From an uncultured Bacilli bacterium (GTDB lineage: Bacteria; Bacillota_I; Bacilli_A; RF39; UBA660), in contig CANQKO010000006.1 in the NCBI GenBank assembly GCA_947624505.1, forward strand, positions 1-56,443: a stretch of 56,443 nt of DNA, written 5' to 3'. Below are positions 8,718 through 20,049 of the stretch, one piece after another (the first letter of the stretch is position 1; each line of letters opens with the position of its first letter). The translations under genes and the position numbers were made by a program. The notes under the pieces are model-generated. The model did no database searches and was not told where the DNA came from. It was given only the letters and a program-made list of their open reading frames with translations.

Positions 8718-9836
8718 ATGAATATTATTGGTATAATTTGTGAATATAATCCATTTCATAATGGACACTTATATCATTTACAAAAAGTTAAAGAAATGTT
8801 TCCAGATTCTCTAGTCATTTTAGTATTAAATGGCTACTTTTTAGAACGTGGAGAAATATCTATAATATCTAAAGAAAATAAAACTAAATTAGCTCTTTTA
8901 AATGGTATAGATATAGTTATCGAACTACCCTTTGTCTTTGGTACTCAAAGTGCAGATACTTTTGCTAATATAAGTGTTAAGATATTAAATGAATTAAAAT
9001 GTGAATATTTAATATTTGGTAGTGAATCAAATAATCTTGATGTTTTAAATAGAATAACTAATTATACTTATAAAGAAAATGACACATATAAAAAAGAAAT
9101 TAAAAAGTATTTAGATATGGGCTATAACTACCCTTCTAGTTTAGCTAAAGCCCTAAATATGGATTTTGAATTTAAATCTAATGATTTACTAGCTATATCA
9201 TATATGAAATCTATTAAAAAGAATAATTATAAAATTAAGCCACTTACAATCAAAAGAACTAATGATTATCTAGATACTAGTTCTGATAATTCTATAATAA
9301 GTGCTTCAAATATTAGAGAAAAACTTAAAAATAATATTGAGATAACTAAATATGTGCCAAGTAAAACTTTAAAATATATTGAAAAAGTTAATTTAGATAA
9401 TTTATTTAATTACTTAAAATACAAAATAATTACGGAAAAAGATTTGAGTATTTATGTTGATGTTGATGAAGGGATTGATAATCGTCTTAAAAAAATAATT
9501 TTTAATAGTCATAATTTGGATGAATTAATTGAAAATATTAAATCAAAAAGATATACTTATAATAAGATAAGAAGAATGCTTATTCATATTTTAATAGGAT
9601 TTACTAAAGAAGATAATAAAATAATTAATTTAGATTATATCAAAGTTTTGGGATTTAATAAAAAAGGGCAAAATTATTTAAACAGTATTAAAAAAGATTT
9701 AAATATACCTATTAATATTAATAAAAATTCCCTTTGTTATAAATATGAATTGTTATCATCATTTATCTATGATTTATTATGCAATAGCACTAGTTATGAA
9801 TATGAAATAACGGGAAAACCACTCTATTTTAAATAA
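8718..9836 (+). CDS. tmcAL: tRNA(Met) cytidine acetate ligase (HIGH nucleotidyltransferase, YlbM)
   Basis: GIICEYNPFHNGHLYH, IELP...QSADTFA, FGSE, ISASNIR, KRYTYNKIRR. Confidence 0.88.
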   Translation: MNIIGIICEYNPFHNGHLYHLQKVKEMFPDSLVILVLNGYFLERGEISIISKENKTKLALLNGIDIVIELPFVFGTQSADTFANISVKILNELKCEYLIFGSESNNLDVLNRITNYTYKENDTYKKEIKKYLDMGYNYPSSLAKALNMDFEFKSNDLLAISYMKSIKKNNYKIKPLTIKRTNDYLDTSSDNSIISASNIREKLKNNIEITKYVPSKTLKYIEKVNLDNLFNYLKYKIITEKDLSIYVDVDEGIDNRLKKIIFNSHNLDELIENIKSKRYTYNKIRRMLIHILIGFTKEDNKIINLDYIKVLGFNKKGQNYLNSIKKDLNIPININKNSLCYKYELLSSFIYDLLCNSTSYEYEITGKPLYFK

Positions 9837-9934
9837 AATAAAGGGAATTTATATATTGTAGGAAGATATTGGTTGACATCTTCCTTTTTTTATGGTAAGA
9901 TAGTGCGCGTATTCATTGAAAGGGGATTTTGGTA

Positions 9935-11845
9935 ATGAATAATGATAAAATTTATGAAATTTTAAACAATTACTCTGAAGATCTTAATAATTTGTTAAGT
10001 AGTTTAAGAGAGGAAAGAACTACTCTTCAAATGGAAGATGATTCAAGAAGAAAGGAAAAGAAACTTGCTTTAATTGATGAAAAAATAAGTAAGGTAGAAC
10101 AATTGGCTCATCGTTTAGATTGTCTATATGGCTATGACGAAATTATGGGACAATTAGATTCATTAAGAGATAGTAAAGAAATTCCAGATGAAGTTGTTTC
10201 TTCTATTTCAGTTTCTATTGATACTATTATGAAAAATGTCGCTCTATTAAATAATTTAAAAGAAGATGAATTAAATAATTCAGATGAAATCATCAGACAA
10301 ATTAACAGAAAAACAGTTGATTTAAGAAGAAGTGAACGTTTATTAAGCGGCCAAGAAAGCAAAGAGATTCATTCTAAACTTGAAGAACTGGAAAATAAAC
10401 TTGCATCTTTAAAAAAATACGATGTAGCTTGTCAACAAACTGATAAATTAACTGAGCTTATAGATGAAGTTCTTGCATCTTCAAATGAAAAGGACAAAAA
10501 TAAGGCAATTGATCAATGTATTGATTATATTAATTCAATAGTTGATGATGATCTTGATCAAATTATTAAAAATGACGTAAGCGAAGTTAAAAAACTAACC
10601 AAAAAGCAAGACAAAAAGAAAGAAGTCAAAAAAGAAAAAGAAGAAAAAGATAAAAAGTTTGCTATGTGGTTTAAAAAACATTGGAAAAAGATTACTGCTG
10701 GTGTGGTTGCTGTTGCGGCCTTAGCTACTATATCCGTTTTAATTAATAAAGGCATTGAGAAAATGGCTGATAAAATGGATAAAGAGAATGATGATACTAC
10801 TACTCAAAGCCAAGATACAACAGAAAATATTGATACTATTGATACTACTATTGATCGAAGTGATATTTTAGATAAAATTGAAAAAGTTGAAGACCCAGTT
10901 ATCTTAGCTTTAAAAGAAAAAGGCTATAATGAATATAATGCTAAATTAATGACTGAAAACTTTGATGATGAAACATTAAAAGCTTTATTAGAATTTTATC
11001 GTCCAGAAGCAGAAAAATATGCTGGTTCTAAAGAATTTAATTTAGATTACTTAGATAATTATGAACAAACTATAGCTAAATATGAAGTTTCTAGTGATCA
11101 AGCAATTGATTATGTAAATAGAGCTTATAAAGTTAAAGAAACAGGTTTCTTTAATAATGATGAAGAACTTGATATAACTTATATTATTGATACTATAAAA
11201 TCTATTGATAAAAAAGAAACAATGATAGCAACTGATTCATTACTTTGTGATGCATTAAATAGAATTGCTGAAGGATATTTATTTGGTAATTCAAATGAAA
11301 ATGATCTTAAAAAATTAGATTCATTTAAATATCTTGCTAAAGAAGGTACAGACTTGAATGCGTTTTTAGTAAGATTTGAATCTTTAATCAAAAATATTAT
11401 TAATGAACCAAAAAGCAATATACGTAAAAATGAGTTATATAATTTCTTAAATATTTTTGGCCATTCTGTTAATGGTATTAGCGATAATGATGCTCATTTA
11501 ACTAATGATGAAAACTTAAATAAAGATGCGATAATAAGTGATTATTATGATTATTGGATTGCTTATAATTATTTCATTCAACCATTATATCCACTAGCTT
11601 ATCCGACAGAAATTGAACTTCCACCAACAACACCAATTATTCCTGAAGGTGCAACAGAAGAGATGATTAATGAAGCTTGGGCTGATTTACAAGCCGAATG
11701 GGATCGTGTTGAAAAAGAAAAAGGCATTCTCGATATTGAATCAAGAATGTATGAACTTGAGGAATTACAAATTTACATATATACAACATTATGTGGTCCA
11801 GAATATGATAACTTTAATCGTGCAAACGAAGGATTAATAAAATAA
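9935..11845 (+). CDS. hypothetical protein with a coiled-coil N-half, central TM helix and acidic C-half
   Basis: Long ORF; TM at KKITAGVVAVAALATISVLI; no family recognised. Confidence 0.7.
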   Translation: MNNDKIYEILNNYSEDLNNLLSSLREERTTLQMEDDSRRKEKKLALIDEKISKVEQLAHRLDCLYGYDEIMGQLDSLRDSKEIPDEVVSSISVSIDTIMKNVALLNNLKEDELNNSDEIIRQINRKTVDLRRSERLLSGQESKEIHSKLEELENKLASLKKYDVACQQTDKLTELIDEVLASSNEKDKNKAIDQCIDYINSIVDDDLDQIIKNDVSEVKKLTKKQDKKKEVKKEKEEKDKKFAMWFKKHWKKITAGVVAVAALATISVLINKGIEKMADKMDKENDDTTTQSQDTTENIDTIDTTIDRSDILDKIEKVEDPVILALKEKGYNEYNAKLMTENFDDETLKALLEFYRPEAEKYAGSKEFNLDYLDNYEQTIAKYEVSSDQAIDYVNRAYKVKETGFFNNDEELDITYIIDTIKSIDKKETMIATDSLLCDALNRIAEGYLFGNSNENDLKKLDSFKYLAKEGTDLNAFLVRFESLIKNIINEPKSNIRKNELYNFLNIFGHSVNGISDNDAHLTNDENLNKDAIISDYYDYWIAYNYFIQPLYPLAYPTEIELPPTTPIIPEGATEEMINEAWADLQAEWDRVEKEKGILDIESRMYELEELQIYIYTTLCGPEYDNFNRANEGLIK

Positions 11846-11860
11846 AGGAGGTAAAATATA

Positions 11861-14209
11861 ATGTATACTGAAGATACTAAACCAGAAATTGACTGGGGAA
11901 ATTTAATCAAAAAAGGAATTGTTATATTTGTTGTTGCTTTAATAGTTTTCTTCATAATTTGGTTATTTGTTAGAGGAAATAATAACAATAAAAATGTTAA
12001 TGTTCAATATGATCCTACTACTAATAATAGTACTAATAATGGTAATAATGGCAATAACAATACTTCTACTGATATTAATAATCCAACTTATTCAAAAGAA
12101 TTCTTAGAAGGATATCGTTATTTTCACGATACTGCCAAAGAATATTTCTTAATAAGTGAGTTACCATCTAAAGGTAAAACTTTAAAATATACTCTTCAAG
12201 AATTAATTGATAAAGGATTAATATTTGCTTGGGAATACAAAGATGGTAAAACTTGTGATACGGAAGGTAGTTATGTTTTTGTAACTAATAATAATGGTAA
12301 ATATAATTTATCTGTTTCACTTGTTTGTGGAATTGAAGTTGCTAAAACAACTGAAGAACTTGGATGCAATCAATTATGTTTAAGTGGTAATTGTGGAAAT
12401 AATCCAGAAGTTGAAGATTATGTTAAAGAATATCAATATAAACAAGCCTACACTACTAAAGAAACTGTTTATAGTTGTCCTAGTGGTTATACTAGAAGTG
12501 GTTCTAAATGTATAAAAAATAATAAAAGCACCATTGACGCTACTAAAACGATAAATTATGTTTGTCCTTCTGGTTATACTAAGAGTGGTTCTGGAACAAG
12601 TACTAAATGTTACAAAAATGCTAGTGATCAAGTAGCGGCAAAAGAAGAAATTACTTATACTTGTCCTAGTGGTTATGTTAAAAGTGGTTCTGGAGCAGAT
12701 ACTAAATGTTATAAAACTAGTTCAAATTATAAAGATGCTCAATATACTGTAAATTATTCTTGTCCTGCTGGATATAATAAAGTTGGTAACTCTTGTGTAA
12801 GAGATGAAAGTGTAAATCCATCTTCAAATGTCACATATAGTTGTCCTGCTGGTTATACCCAAAATGGTTCTATTTGTACAAAAACGGAAACTATCAATCT
12901 TTCTAGTAGTACATATTATAGTTGTCCTAATGGTTATAGTTTAAGTGGTTCGATGTGTTATAGAACTGATACTGTTAATCTATCTAGTACAACAACTTAT
13001 AGTTGTCCTTCTGGTTATACACAAAGTGGTTCTACTTGTACTAAAACCGAGACTATAGCTGCTACTCCATCGGCTACAACATATACTTGTCCTTCAGGCT
13101 ATACTCAAAGTGGTTCTAAATGTCTTAAATCAGAAACTATAGCTGCTACTGCTAATACAACTTATAGTTGTCCAAAAGGAACACCAATTAATAATGGCCG
13201 TGCGTGTCGTATTTCTTCTAAAACATCATATAACGAATCATATTATATATACCACGGTGATACTTACCAAGGATGTACATATCAAGGTTCTTACCCTGAA
13301 ACTTGTTCAACTTGTGTAGGTGGAAGAAGAACTGCTTACAAATATAGCTGTTCCAAATCATCTTATAACGATGTAGCTGCAACTGCTAATACATATTATA
13401 GTTGTCCTACTGGTTATACTCAAAACGGCGCTGGAAAAAGTACTTCTTGTACGAAAACTGAAACTATCAATGGTACACCATCAAGCACAAGTTATACATG
13501 TCCTGCTGGTTACACTAAGAGTGGTAATCAATGTACTAGAACTGTAAGCACCAACGCTACATCACAAACTACAACTGGAAGTTGTCCTTATGGTTACACT
13601 AAAAGTGGTAATCAATGTACTAAAACTGAAAGCATTAATGCTACAAGAGAAACTTTAACTGGAAGTTGTCCTGCTGGCTATACTCAAAGTGGTTCTACTT
13701 GTTCTAAAACTATAAGTACTAATGCAACTCCATCAACAGAAGTTAGTTGTCCATCTGGTTATACTCAAAAAGGTAATCAATGTACTAAAGAATATTATAG
13801 TGAATTAGTTGAAACTAAAGAATATTATTGTAGTGGCGATGAAGTATTAAGTAATAATAAATGTTATTATAGTTATTCAGATACTAAAACTCCAACCTCT
13901 ACAACAAACTACTCTTGTCCTTCAGGTTATACTAAGAATGGCACAAGTTGTACAAGAACTATTGAAGAAAATAGAACAGCAATCAAAGATACTTCATATA
14001 GTTGTCCTTCAGGTTATACCAAAATTGGGGCTGGTAGTGAATCTAAATGTACAAAAGGTTCTACAACATCTATTGATGCTACTAAGACAGTTAAAGATGT
14101 AACTAAATATAGATATAAATGGAGTCAAGAAGAAAGCCTATCTGGATGGGAAAGAACTGGCGAAGTAAGAGAAGCTAAAGTTGTTAATCAACCTGAAATA
14201 GAAAAATAA
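11861..14209 (+). CDS. membrane-anchored Cys-rich repeat surface protein
   Basis: N-terminal TM; about 17 Y.CP.GY...G..C repeats; AGGAGG RBS. Confidence 0.85.
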   Translation: MYTEDTKPEIDWGNLIKKGIVIFVVALIVFFIIWLFVRGNNNNKNVNVQYDPTTNNSTNNGNNGNNNTSTDINNPTYSKEFLEGYRYFHDTAKEYFLISELPSKGKTLKYTLQELIDKGLIFAWEYKDGKTCDTEGSYVFVTNNNGKYNLSVSLVCGIEVAKTTEELGCNQLCLSGNCGNNPEVEDYVKEYQYKQAYTTKETVYSCPSGYTRSGSKCIKNNKSTIDATKTINYVCPSGYTKSGSGTSTKCYKNASDQVAAKEEITYTCPSGYVKSGSGADTKCYKTSSNYKDAQYTVNYSCPAGYNKVGNSCVRDESVNPSSNVTYSCPAGYTQNGSICTKTETINLSSSTYYSCPNGYSLSGSMCYRTDTVNLSSTTTYSCPSGYTQSGSTCTKTETIAATPSATTYTCPSGYTQSGSKCLKSETIAATANTTYSCPKGTPINNGRACRISSKTSYNESYYIYHGDTYQGCTYQGSYPETCSTCVGGRRTAYKYSCSKSSYNDVAATANTYYSCPTGYTQNGAGKSTSCTKTETINGTPSSTSYTCPAGYTKSGNQCTRTVSTNATSQTTTGSCPYGYTKSGNQCTKTESINATRETLTGSCPAGYTQSGSTCSKTISTNATPSTEVSCPSGYTQKGNQCTKEYYSELVETKEYYCSGDEVLSNNKCYYSYSDTKTPTSTTNYSCPSGYTKNGTSCTRTIEENRTAIKDTSYSCPSGYTKIGAGSESKCTKGSTTSIDATKTVKDVTKYRYKWSQEESLSGWERTGEVREAKVVNQPEIEK
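12470..14060 (+). repeat. degenerate coding repeats (about 90-100 bp unit, core agttgtccttctggttatact)
   Basis: Repeated SCPSGYT codons. Confidence 0.8.
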
Positions 14210-14220
14210 TAAATAAATTT

Positions 14221-14248
14221 AAAAAGGTTCAAAAATTGAACCTTTTTT
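14221..14248. terminator. bidirectional terminator
   Basis: AAAAAGGTTCAA-AAA-TTGAACCTTTTT between convergent genes. Confidence 0.8.
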
Positions 14249-14885
14249 ATTTAACTAAATCAACAAAATCAGGAGGTGGTGTAGTTATCTCAATTAATTT
14301 ATTAGTTATAGGATGATTAAAGGCTATGTAATAAGCGTGTAGACATAGTCTTTTTTCTTTATCTTGTTTATTATATATTCTATCTCCTACTATAGGATAT
14401 CCTAAATCATTTAATTGAACTCTTATTTGATGTTTACGACCTGTTTTAATATTAATTTTAAGTAAACTATATAATTTATTAGCTCTTATCTTTTCATATT
14501 CGGTAATTGCTTCTTTACCGGTTTTAGAGCTATATACGTAATGGGTAGTTGTTTCTTTTAAATATGATTTAATAACACCTTTAGATGGTGTATTACCTCT
14601 TACTAAGGCAATATACTCTCTTCTAACATTTGCCCAATTATCTTGTAAGATATTTTTGGCTTTTATATTCTTCGCCAAAATAACTATACCTGAAGTATCT
14701 TTATCAAGACGATGAACAATAAATACTTTATTATTTTTATTTTGTTTTTTTAAATAAGTTGATACTTGATAATATAAAGTATTTTCTTTTTCTTTTAAAG
14801 TACTTATAGTAAGTAAATGCGCACTTTTGCTAACAACAATAATATCTTTGTCTTCATATAAAATATCTAATTTTTTCTTTTTCAT
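14247..14885 (-). CDS. RluA-family pseudouridine synthase
   Basis: ILYED.D, IVHRLDKDTSG, TGRKHQIRVQL..LGYPIVGD, LCLHA. Confidence 0.92.
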   Translation of the reverse strand: MKKKKLDILYEDKDIIVVSKSAHLLTISTLKEKENTLYYQVSTYLKKQNKNNKVFIVHRLDKDTSGIVILAKNIKAKNILQDNWANVRREYIALVRGNTPSKGVIKSYLKETTTHYVYSSKTGKEAITEYEKIRANKLYSLLKINIKTGRKHQIRVQLNDLGYPIVGDRIYNKQDKEKRLCLHAYYIAFNHPITNKLIEITTPPPDFVDLVK

Positions 14886-14913
14886 TAATTAAGTTCAAAG
14901 AAAAAAAGTATTG

Positions 14914-15663
14914 CTACTTTTTATCATTTTTTCCTTTCATTGCTTCAAGTATTTCAACTGGTAAACAAAATAGAATTGTATTTGATTTATCAGATGAAAT
15001 ATCACTTAATGTTGATAGAGTTCTAAGATGCATTGCTCCAGGTGTACTACTCATAATCTCGGCTGCTTTAGCTAAGTTATTAGATGCTTCCACTTCACCT
15101 TTAGCTTTTGTAACAACAGCTTGCTTTTCTCTTTCAGCTTCCGCTGCAATAGCTAACACTCTTTTCATATCTTCTGGTAAAGACACATCTTTAAGTTCAA
15201 CATTTTCAACTTTTATACCCCAAGGATCAGTTGCTTCATCAATTATTTTACATATTTCTGTACTTATTTTATCTCTTTCTGCTAAAAGTTCATCAAGAGA
15301 AACGGAACCAACAACATTACGCATTGTTGTTTGAGCAAGTTGACCAACAGCATAATAGAAATCTTCAACCGCTAAAATAGCTTTTGAGGCATCAAATAAT
15401 TTATAATATATAACGGCATTAATTTGAACTGAAACATTGTCTTTAGTAATTGCTTCTTGACTCGGAACATCAACTGCTTTAGTTCTAATATCAACCTTTT
15501 TATATGATTCAAAAATAGGTAATACTAATTTCCAACCCGGTTTTAATACTTTAACAAATTTACCAAAACGAAATTTAATGCCTCTTTCATACTCATTTAT
15601 TTGTTTAATTGAACAAATAATAACTATTATGATAAAAACTATAATTCCCATAATTATTTCCAT
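14914..15663 (-). CDS. SPFH/band-7 (stomatin-like) protein
   Basis: QEAITKDNVSV, LAQTTMRNVVG..LDELL, ATDPWGIKVENVELKDV. Confidence 0.92.
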   Translation of the reverse strand: MEIIMGIIVFIIIVIICSIKQINEYERGIKFRFGKFVKVLKPGWKLVLPIFESYKKVDIRTKAVDVPSQEAITKDNVSVQINAVIYYKLFDASKAILAVEDFYYAVGQLAQTTMRNVVGSVSLDELLAERDKISTEICKIIDEATDPWGIKVENVELKDVSLPEDMKRVLAIAAEAEREKQAVVTKAKGEVEASNNLAKAAEIMSSTPGAMHLRTLSTLSDISSDKSNTILFCLPVEILEAMKGKNDKK

Positions 15664-15691
15664 TCTACTACTCCTTTACTTCATTATATTA

Positions 15692-17851
15692 TTATTTATC
15701 TTCTTTTATTTCTTCTTTTTTAGGTAAAGCATCTTTTCTAGATAAGTTTAAACGGCCTTTATTATCATAACCTAAAGATTTAACCATTATTTCATCTCCA
15801 ACTTTAACAATGTCACTTGGTTTATTGACTCTCTTATTATCAAGTTGTGAAACGTGAACTAAGCCTTCACAACCTTCCCAAAGTTCAACAAAACAGCCAA
15901 AATCTTCAACTTTAACTACTTTACCAGTATAAATTTTACCAGTTTCAACTTCTCTTATGACGCTTTCAATCATTTCTCTAGTCTTTTTAATAATTTTGGC
16001 ATCGCGATGATAAATAATAACCCTTCCATCATCTTCTAAATCGACTTTAACGGCATCTTTATCATTAACTGTTTTAACATTACTAGCTTCCAAAATAATT
16101 TTCGTAATCATTTCACCACCACGGCCAATAACATCTTTAATTTTTTCTGGATCAATTGTAAATGTTTCAATTTTAGGAGCATATTTACTTAATTCTTTTC
16201 TTGGTTCTTTAATAACTGTTTCAAATAAATCTAAGATTTCCATTCTCGCTTTTTTAGCTTGAGCTAAAGCTTCTTTTAAAATGTTTTTATTAACGCCATC
16301 AATTTTAATATCCATTTGTAAAGCACAAATACCTTTTCTCGTACCAGCAACTTTAAAGTCCATATCTCCTAAATGATCTTCCATCCCTTGGATATCAGTA
16401 AGAATCGTATATTTATCTTCATTAGTTATAAGACCCATCGCAATACCTGCAACTGGAGCTTTAATTGGGACACCAGCAGCCATTAAAGATAGACATCCAG
16501 CACAAATACTGGCTTGGCTTGATGAACCATTACTTTCTAAAATTTCGGATACTACTCTAATAGTATAAGGGAATTCTTCTTCAGAAGGTATTACTTGAAG
16601 GAGAGCTCTTTCACCTAATGCACCGTGACCAATTTCTCTTCTACCAGGTGAACCATAACGACCTGTTTCACCAACACTAAATTGTGGGAAGTTATAATGT
16701 AACATAAATCTTTTTTCTTCTTCAATAGAAAGACCATCAAGCATTTGACTTTCCCCTAAAGCACCAAGTGTGGTAATCGATAAACTTTGTGTTTGGCCTC
16801 TTGTAAATAAAGCTGAGCCGTGTGTTCTTGGTAAAATATCGATCGCGGCACTTATTGGCCTTATTTCATCCATCTTACGACCATCAATTCTAATATGTTC
16901 ATTAACCACTATTCTTCTAAATACTTTATATTGTACACTTTCAAATACTAAAGCAACTTTAGTTAAAAGTTCTGTTAACTCTTCTTCTTTTAAGCTATTT
17001 TCATTTAAAGACTTATAATGTTCAATTAAATCATTTTTTAGATTATCGATTGTTTCATACATTGTTAATTTATCTTTAATTCTTAAAGCGGCATCTAATT
17101 TTTCGGTTATGGCATCTTCAATTTCACTTCTTAAATCAGGAGATATAAGAAGATGTGGATATTCCATTTTGTCTTCGCCAATTTCTTTAATAATTTCTAA
17201 CTCAAAAGCTACCAACTTTTTAATCGCTTCAAAACCAAATAATAAAGCCTCTAACATATCATCTTCGGATACTTCTTTACTACCGGCTTCAACCATATTA
17301 ATGGCATCCATTGTTCCAGCCACTGTTAAATCAATATCTGATTGTTCTAACTCTTCTACAGTTGGATCAATAATAAATTTACCATTAACTCGGCCAACTT
17401 TAACCGCCGCAACAGGGCCATTAAATGGAATCTTACTTATACAAGTGGCTAAAGATGAGCCAAATAAAGCTGTAAGTTCGGGTGAATTATCTTGATCAAC
17501 ACTTAAAACTGTATTGACGATTTGTACTTCATTACGAAAATCTTCTGGAAATAATGGTCGCATTGGCCTATCTATCATTCGCGCTGCTAATGTGGCATTA
17601 TCGGTTGGTCTTCCTTCCCTTTTAATAAATCCACCAGGAATTTTACCTACTGAATATAATTTTTCATTATATAAAACTGTTAATGGGAAAAAGTCAGATA
17701 AAAGATTTGCTGTTTTTGAGACAACGGCAGTACTTAAAATAACCGTATCATCAAATCTAACTAAAACTGCACCATTAGCTTGTTTAGCCATTTCTCCGTT
17801 TTCAACAATTAATTTTCGACCATAAAAATCTAATTCAAATACTTTTTTCAT
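15692..17851 (-). CDS. pnp: polyribonucleotide nucleotidyltransferase
   Basis: [36 protein letters not shown] and S1 domains. Confidence 0.97.
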   Translation of the reverse strand: MKKVFELDFYGRKLIVENGEMAKQANGAVLVRFDDTVILSTAVVSKTANLLSDFFPLTVLYNEKLYSVGKIPGGFIKREGRPTDNATLAARMIDRPMRPLFPEDFRNEVQIVNTVLSVDQDNSPELTALFGSSLATCISKIPFNGPVAAVKVGRVNGKFIIDPTVEELEQSDIDLTVAGTMDAINMVEAGSKEVSEDDMLEALLFGFEAIKKLVAFELEIIKEIGEDKMEYPHLLISPDLRSEIEDAITEKLDAALRIKDKLTMYETIDNLKNDLIEHYKSLNENSLKEEELTELLTKVALVFESVQYKVFRRIVVNEHIRIDGRKMDEIRPISAAIDILPRTHGSALFTRGQTQSLSITTLGALGESQMLDGLSIEEEKRFMLHYNFPQFSVGETGRYGSPGRREIGHGALGERALLQVIPSEEEFPYTIRVVSEILESNGSSSQASICAGCLSLMAAGVPIKAPVAGIAMGLITNEDKYTILTDIQGMEDHLGDMDFKVAGTRKGICALQMDIKIDGVNKNILKEALAQAKKARMEILDLFETVIKEPRKELSKYAPKIETFTIDPEKIKDVIGRGGEMITKIILEASNVKTVNDKDAVKVDLEDDGRVIIYHRDAKIIKKTREMIESVIREVETGKIYTGKVVKVEDFGCFVELWEGCEGLVHVSQLDNKRVNKPSDIVKVGDEIMVKSLGYDNKGRLNLSRKDALPKKEEIKEDK

Positions 17852-17899
17852 TTATAACCTCTTCTTTCTAAAAGAAAAAGACACCAAAACAAAGTGCCC

Positions 17900-18169
17900 T
17901 TATTTTCTTAAATCTAATTTTTTGATTACTTCTCTATAGCTTTTAACATCATTTTCTTTTAAATAGTTAAGTAGTTTTTTTCTTCTTCCTACTTTCATAA
18001 GTAATCCTCTTTTTGAATGATAATCGTGAATATGTTCTTGCATATGTGCAGTAAGTTCATTGATTTCGTTAGTTAAAATAGCAATTTGAACTTCCGCAGA
18101 TCCACAATCTTTTTCATTCTTAGCAAATTCTTTAATAATCTTTGCTTTTGCATCTTTACTTAATGCCAT
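17900..18169 (-). CDS. rpsO: 30S ribosomal protein S15
   Basis: GSAEVQIAILT...D.HSKRGLL..VGRRKKLL. Confidence 0.97.
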   Translation of the reverse strand: MALSKDAKAKIIKEFAKNEKDCGSAEVQIAILTNEINELTAHMQEHIHDYHSKRGLLMKVGRRKKLLNYLKENDVKSYREVIKKLDLRK

Positions 18170-18245
18170 AATATCTTCCTTTCTAATAATCGGTTTAAAC
18201 TGAGATAAAAAGCGGAAATTTTTTTATCTAAGTCAAAACTTCAAT
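18170..18245 (-). promoter_or_regulatory. probable S15 autoregulatory leader
   Basis: Hairpin AGATAAAAA...TTTTTATCT directly upstream of the rpsO RBS; call rests on position. Confidence 0.35.
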
Positions 18246-18293
18246 ATAATTATATTATAATTTAGGGAAAAAGTAAACAAAAATGTCCCATTT

Positions 18294-19130
18294 TTAAAGC
18301 AAAACAACTAATTTTCCCTGTTTATTTTGAAAATTATATAATGCTTTTTCTTCCCCATTTTTGGTAAATAAAATATACCCCTCTTTAGCTAAGTTTATTA
18401 AATTACCATTAACAATTTTTTTAGCTAAAGCATCTGTTATTTCCACTTTTTCTAAATTAATTAAATCAGCTAATTTTAATAATTGATAATTACCATTTCT
18501 AATTTCCTCTAAAGTATAACTATCTTGAATTTTATATTGGCCTTGTTTAATTCTTACCAAATTATTCATTGTACCAATAGTATTTAGTTTTTCACATATA
18601 CTTGTTATTAAACTTCTTATATATGTTCCTTTACTTACAAGGACTTTAAATTTTATTAAATCAAATTCATAACTAATTAAAGATATTTCTTTAATATAAA
18701 CTTCTCTTTCTGGCAATTTAACTTCTAACCCACTTCTAGCATACTCATATAGCCTTTTACCATTAACAGATACTGCCGAATATAGGGGAACAGTTTCTTT
18801 ATAGACACCAATAAAACTATTTAAAACACTTATTATTTCATCTTTACTTAGTTTAGGAATATTTCCTTTTTCTAAAACGTTACCTGTTACATCTAAAGTA
18901 TCAGTTTTAATCCCTAGTTTAATTTCCGCTATATATTCTTTTTCTTCTTCAGTAATAATTGGAACTAACTTAGTATATTTACCAATTAAACAAACAAGAA
19001 CTCCTGAAGCTAGGGGATCAAGTGTACCAGTATGGCCAATTTTTTTAGTATCTAAAATCTTATTTAACTTGTTAACAACATCTCTACTTGTATAACCTTT
19101 TTCTTTATTTACTATAATTGCGCCATTCAT
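18294..19130 (-). CDS. truB: tRNA pseudouridine-55 synthase
   Basis: KIGHTGTLDPLASGVL, YSAVSVNGKRLYEYAR, SKGTYIRSL. Confidence 0.96.
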   Translation of the reverse strand: MNGAIIVNKEKGYTSRDVVNKLNKILDTKKIGHTGTLDPLASGVLVCLIGKYTKLVPIITEEEKEYIAEIKLGIKTDTLDVTGNVLEKGNIPKLSKDEIISVLNSFIGVYKETVPLYSAVSVNGKRLYEYARSGLEVKLPEREVYIKEISLISYEFDLIKFKVLVSKGTYIRSLITSICEKLNTIGTMNNLVRIKQGQYKIQDSYTLEEIRNGNYQLLKLADLINLEKVEITDALAKKIVNGNLINLAKEGYILFTKNGEEKALYNFQNKQGKLVVLL

Positions 19131-19702
19131 TTATTAATTCTTTCTAATTTTTTACCTAATAAATGAGTTTTAGCATTGCCAAATTGAACACTATCACATT
19201 CGGCGAACCCTTCAAAAAGGCAGCCTTTAAGTAATGTAAAATCATTAATAGGTACTTCAACATACATATCAACAATTTTGTTATTTTGATATAACGTTTC
19301 TACATATTTTAGTATTTTTTTCCATAATTCTAATTTGGTTTTTTCATTAGTTAAAAAGATAACATCAGGAATTGTAGCCATAAGACTATTTACTTTCCTT
19401 AGACGGGCCGCACTTGCAAGTTCATCATCTAAATAAACTTTTAATAAAGATATTTCTTCTCCATTAGTATTTGCTTTAGTTTGGTTTAAAGCTCGCATAG
19501 CTAAATTATAACTATCAGAAAATTGCAGTATAAACTTTCCTAATTTATTAGAATTATTTAGTTCTTTAACAAAAGAATCAGCCAAATTTTTGCCATATAT
19601 TTGTAAAAACAGCTCATAATATTTTTGTAAAATTATATTATATTCTTTTGTATTTAGTTTATCTTCAGTTGTAATTTCCATTCTTATATTATCTAAACCC
19701 AT
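19127..19702 (-). CDS. hypothetical protein (possibly a degenerate GNAT-like fold)
   Basis: 191-aa ORF with RBS, overlaps the truB start. Confidence 0.6.
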   Translation of the reverse strand: MGLDNIRMEITTEDKLNTKEYNIILQKYYELFLQIYGKNLADSFVKELNNSNKLGKFILQFSDSYNLAMRALNQTKANTNGEEISLLKVYLDDELASAARLRKVNSLMATIPDVIFLTNEKTKLELWKKILKYVETLYQNNKIVDMYVEVPINDFTLLKGCLFEGFAECDSVQFGNAKTHLLGKKLERINK

Positions 19703-19710
19703 AAAACCTC

Positions 19711-20049
19711 CTATTTATTAATTTCATTAATTATTTTTTCTATTTTAGTTGCATAAGCAATTGTTTCATCATAAACAAATTTTAATTCAGGAATATTTCT
19801 AATTTCAATTACTTTAGCAAGGCATCCTCTTAAATAAGGGGCTGCTTCATTTACTCCCTTTTCAATATCTTCTTTTGGCATATCTAAAATACTTGTAAAA
19901 AATATTTTAGCATAACTTAAATCTTTACTTAATTTAATATCAGTTAAAGTAATTGATTTTAATAAATCATCTCTTGTTTCAGTATAAATAATATTACTTA
20001 AGTATTTAATTATATCACTGGCAATACGATCTACTTTATGATTATTCAT
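19711..20049 (-). CDS. rbfA: ribosome-binding factor A
   Basis: LSKDLSYAKIF, R.IPELKFVYDETI. Confidence 0.93.
   Translation of the reverse strand: MNNHKVDRIASDIIKYLSNIIYTETRDDLLKSITLTDIKLSKDLSYAKIFFTSILDMPKEDIEKGVNEAAPYLRGCLAKVIEIRNIPELKFVYDETIAYATKIEKIINEINK

Noticed and set aside
12470..14060. CRISPR or non-coding repeat array
   Set aside because: The repeats are degenerate at synonymous positions and lie within one long ORF
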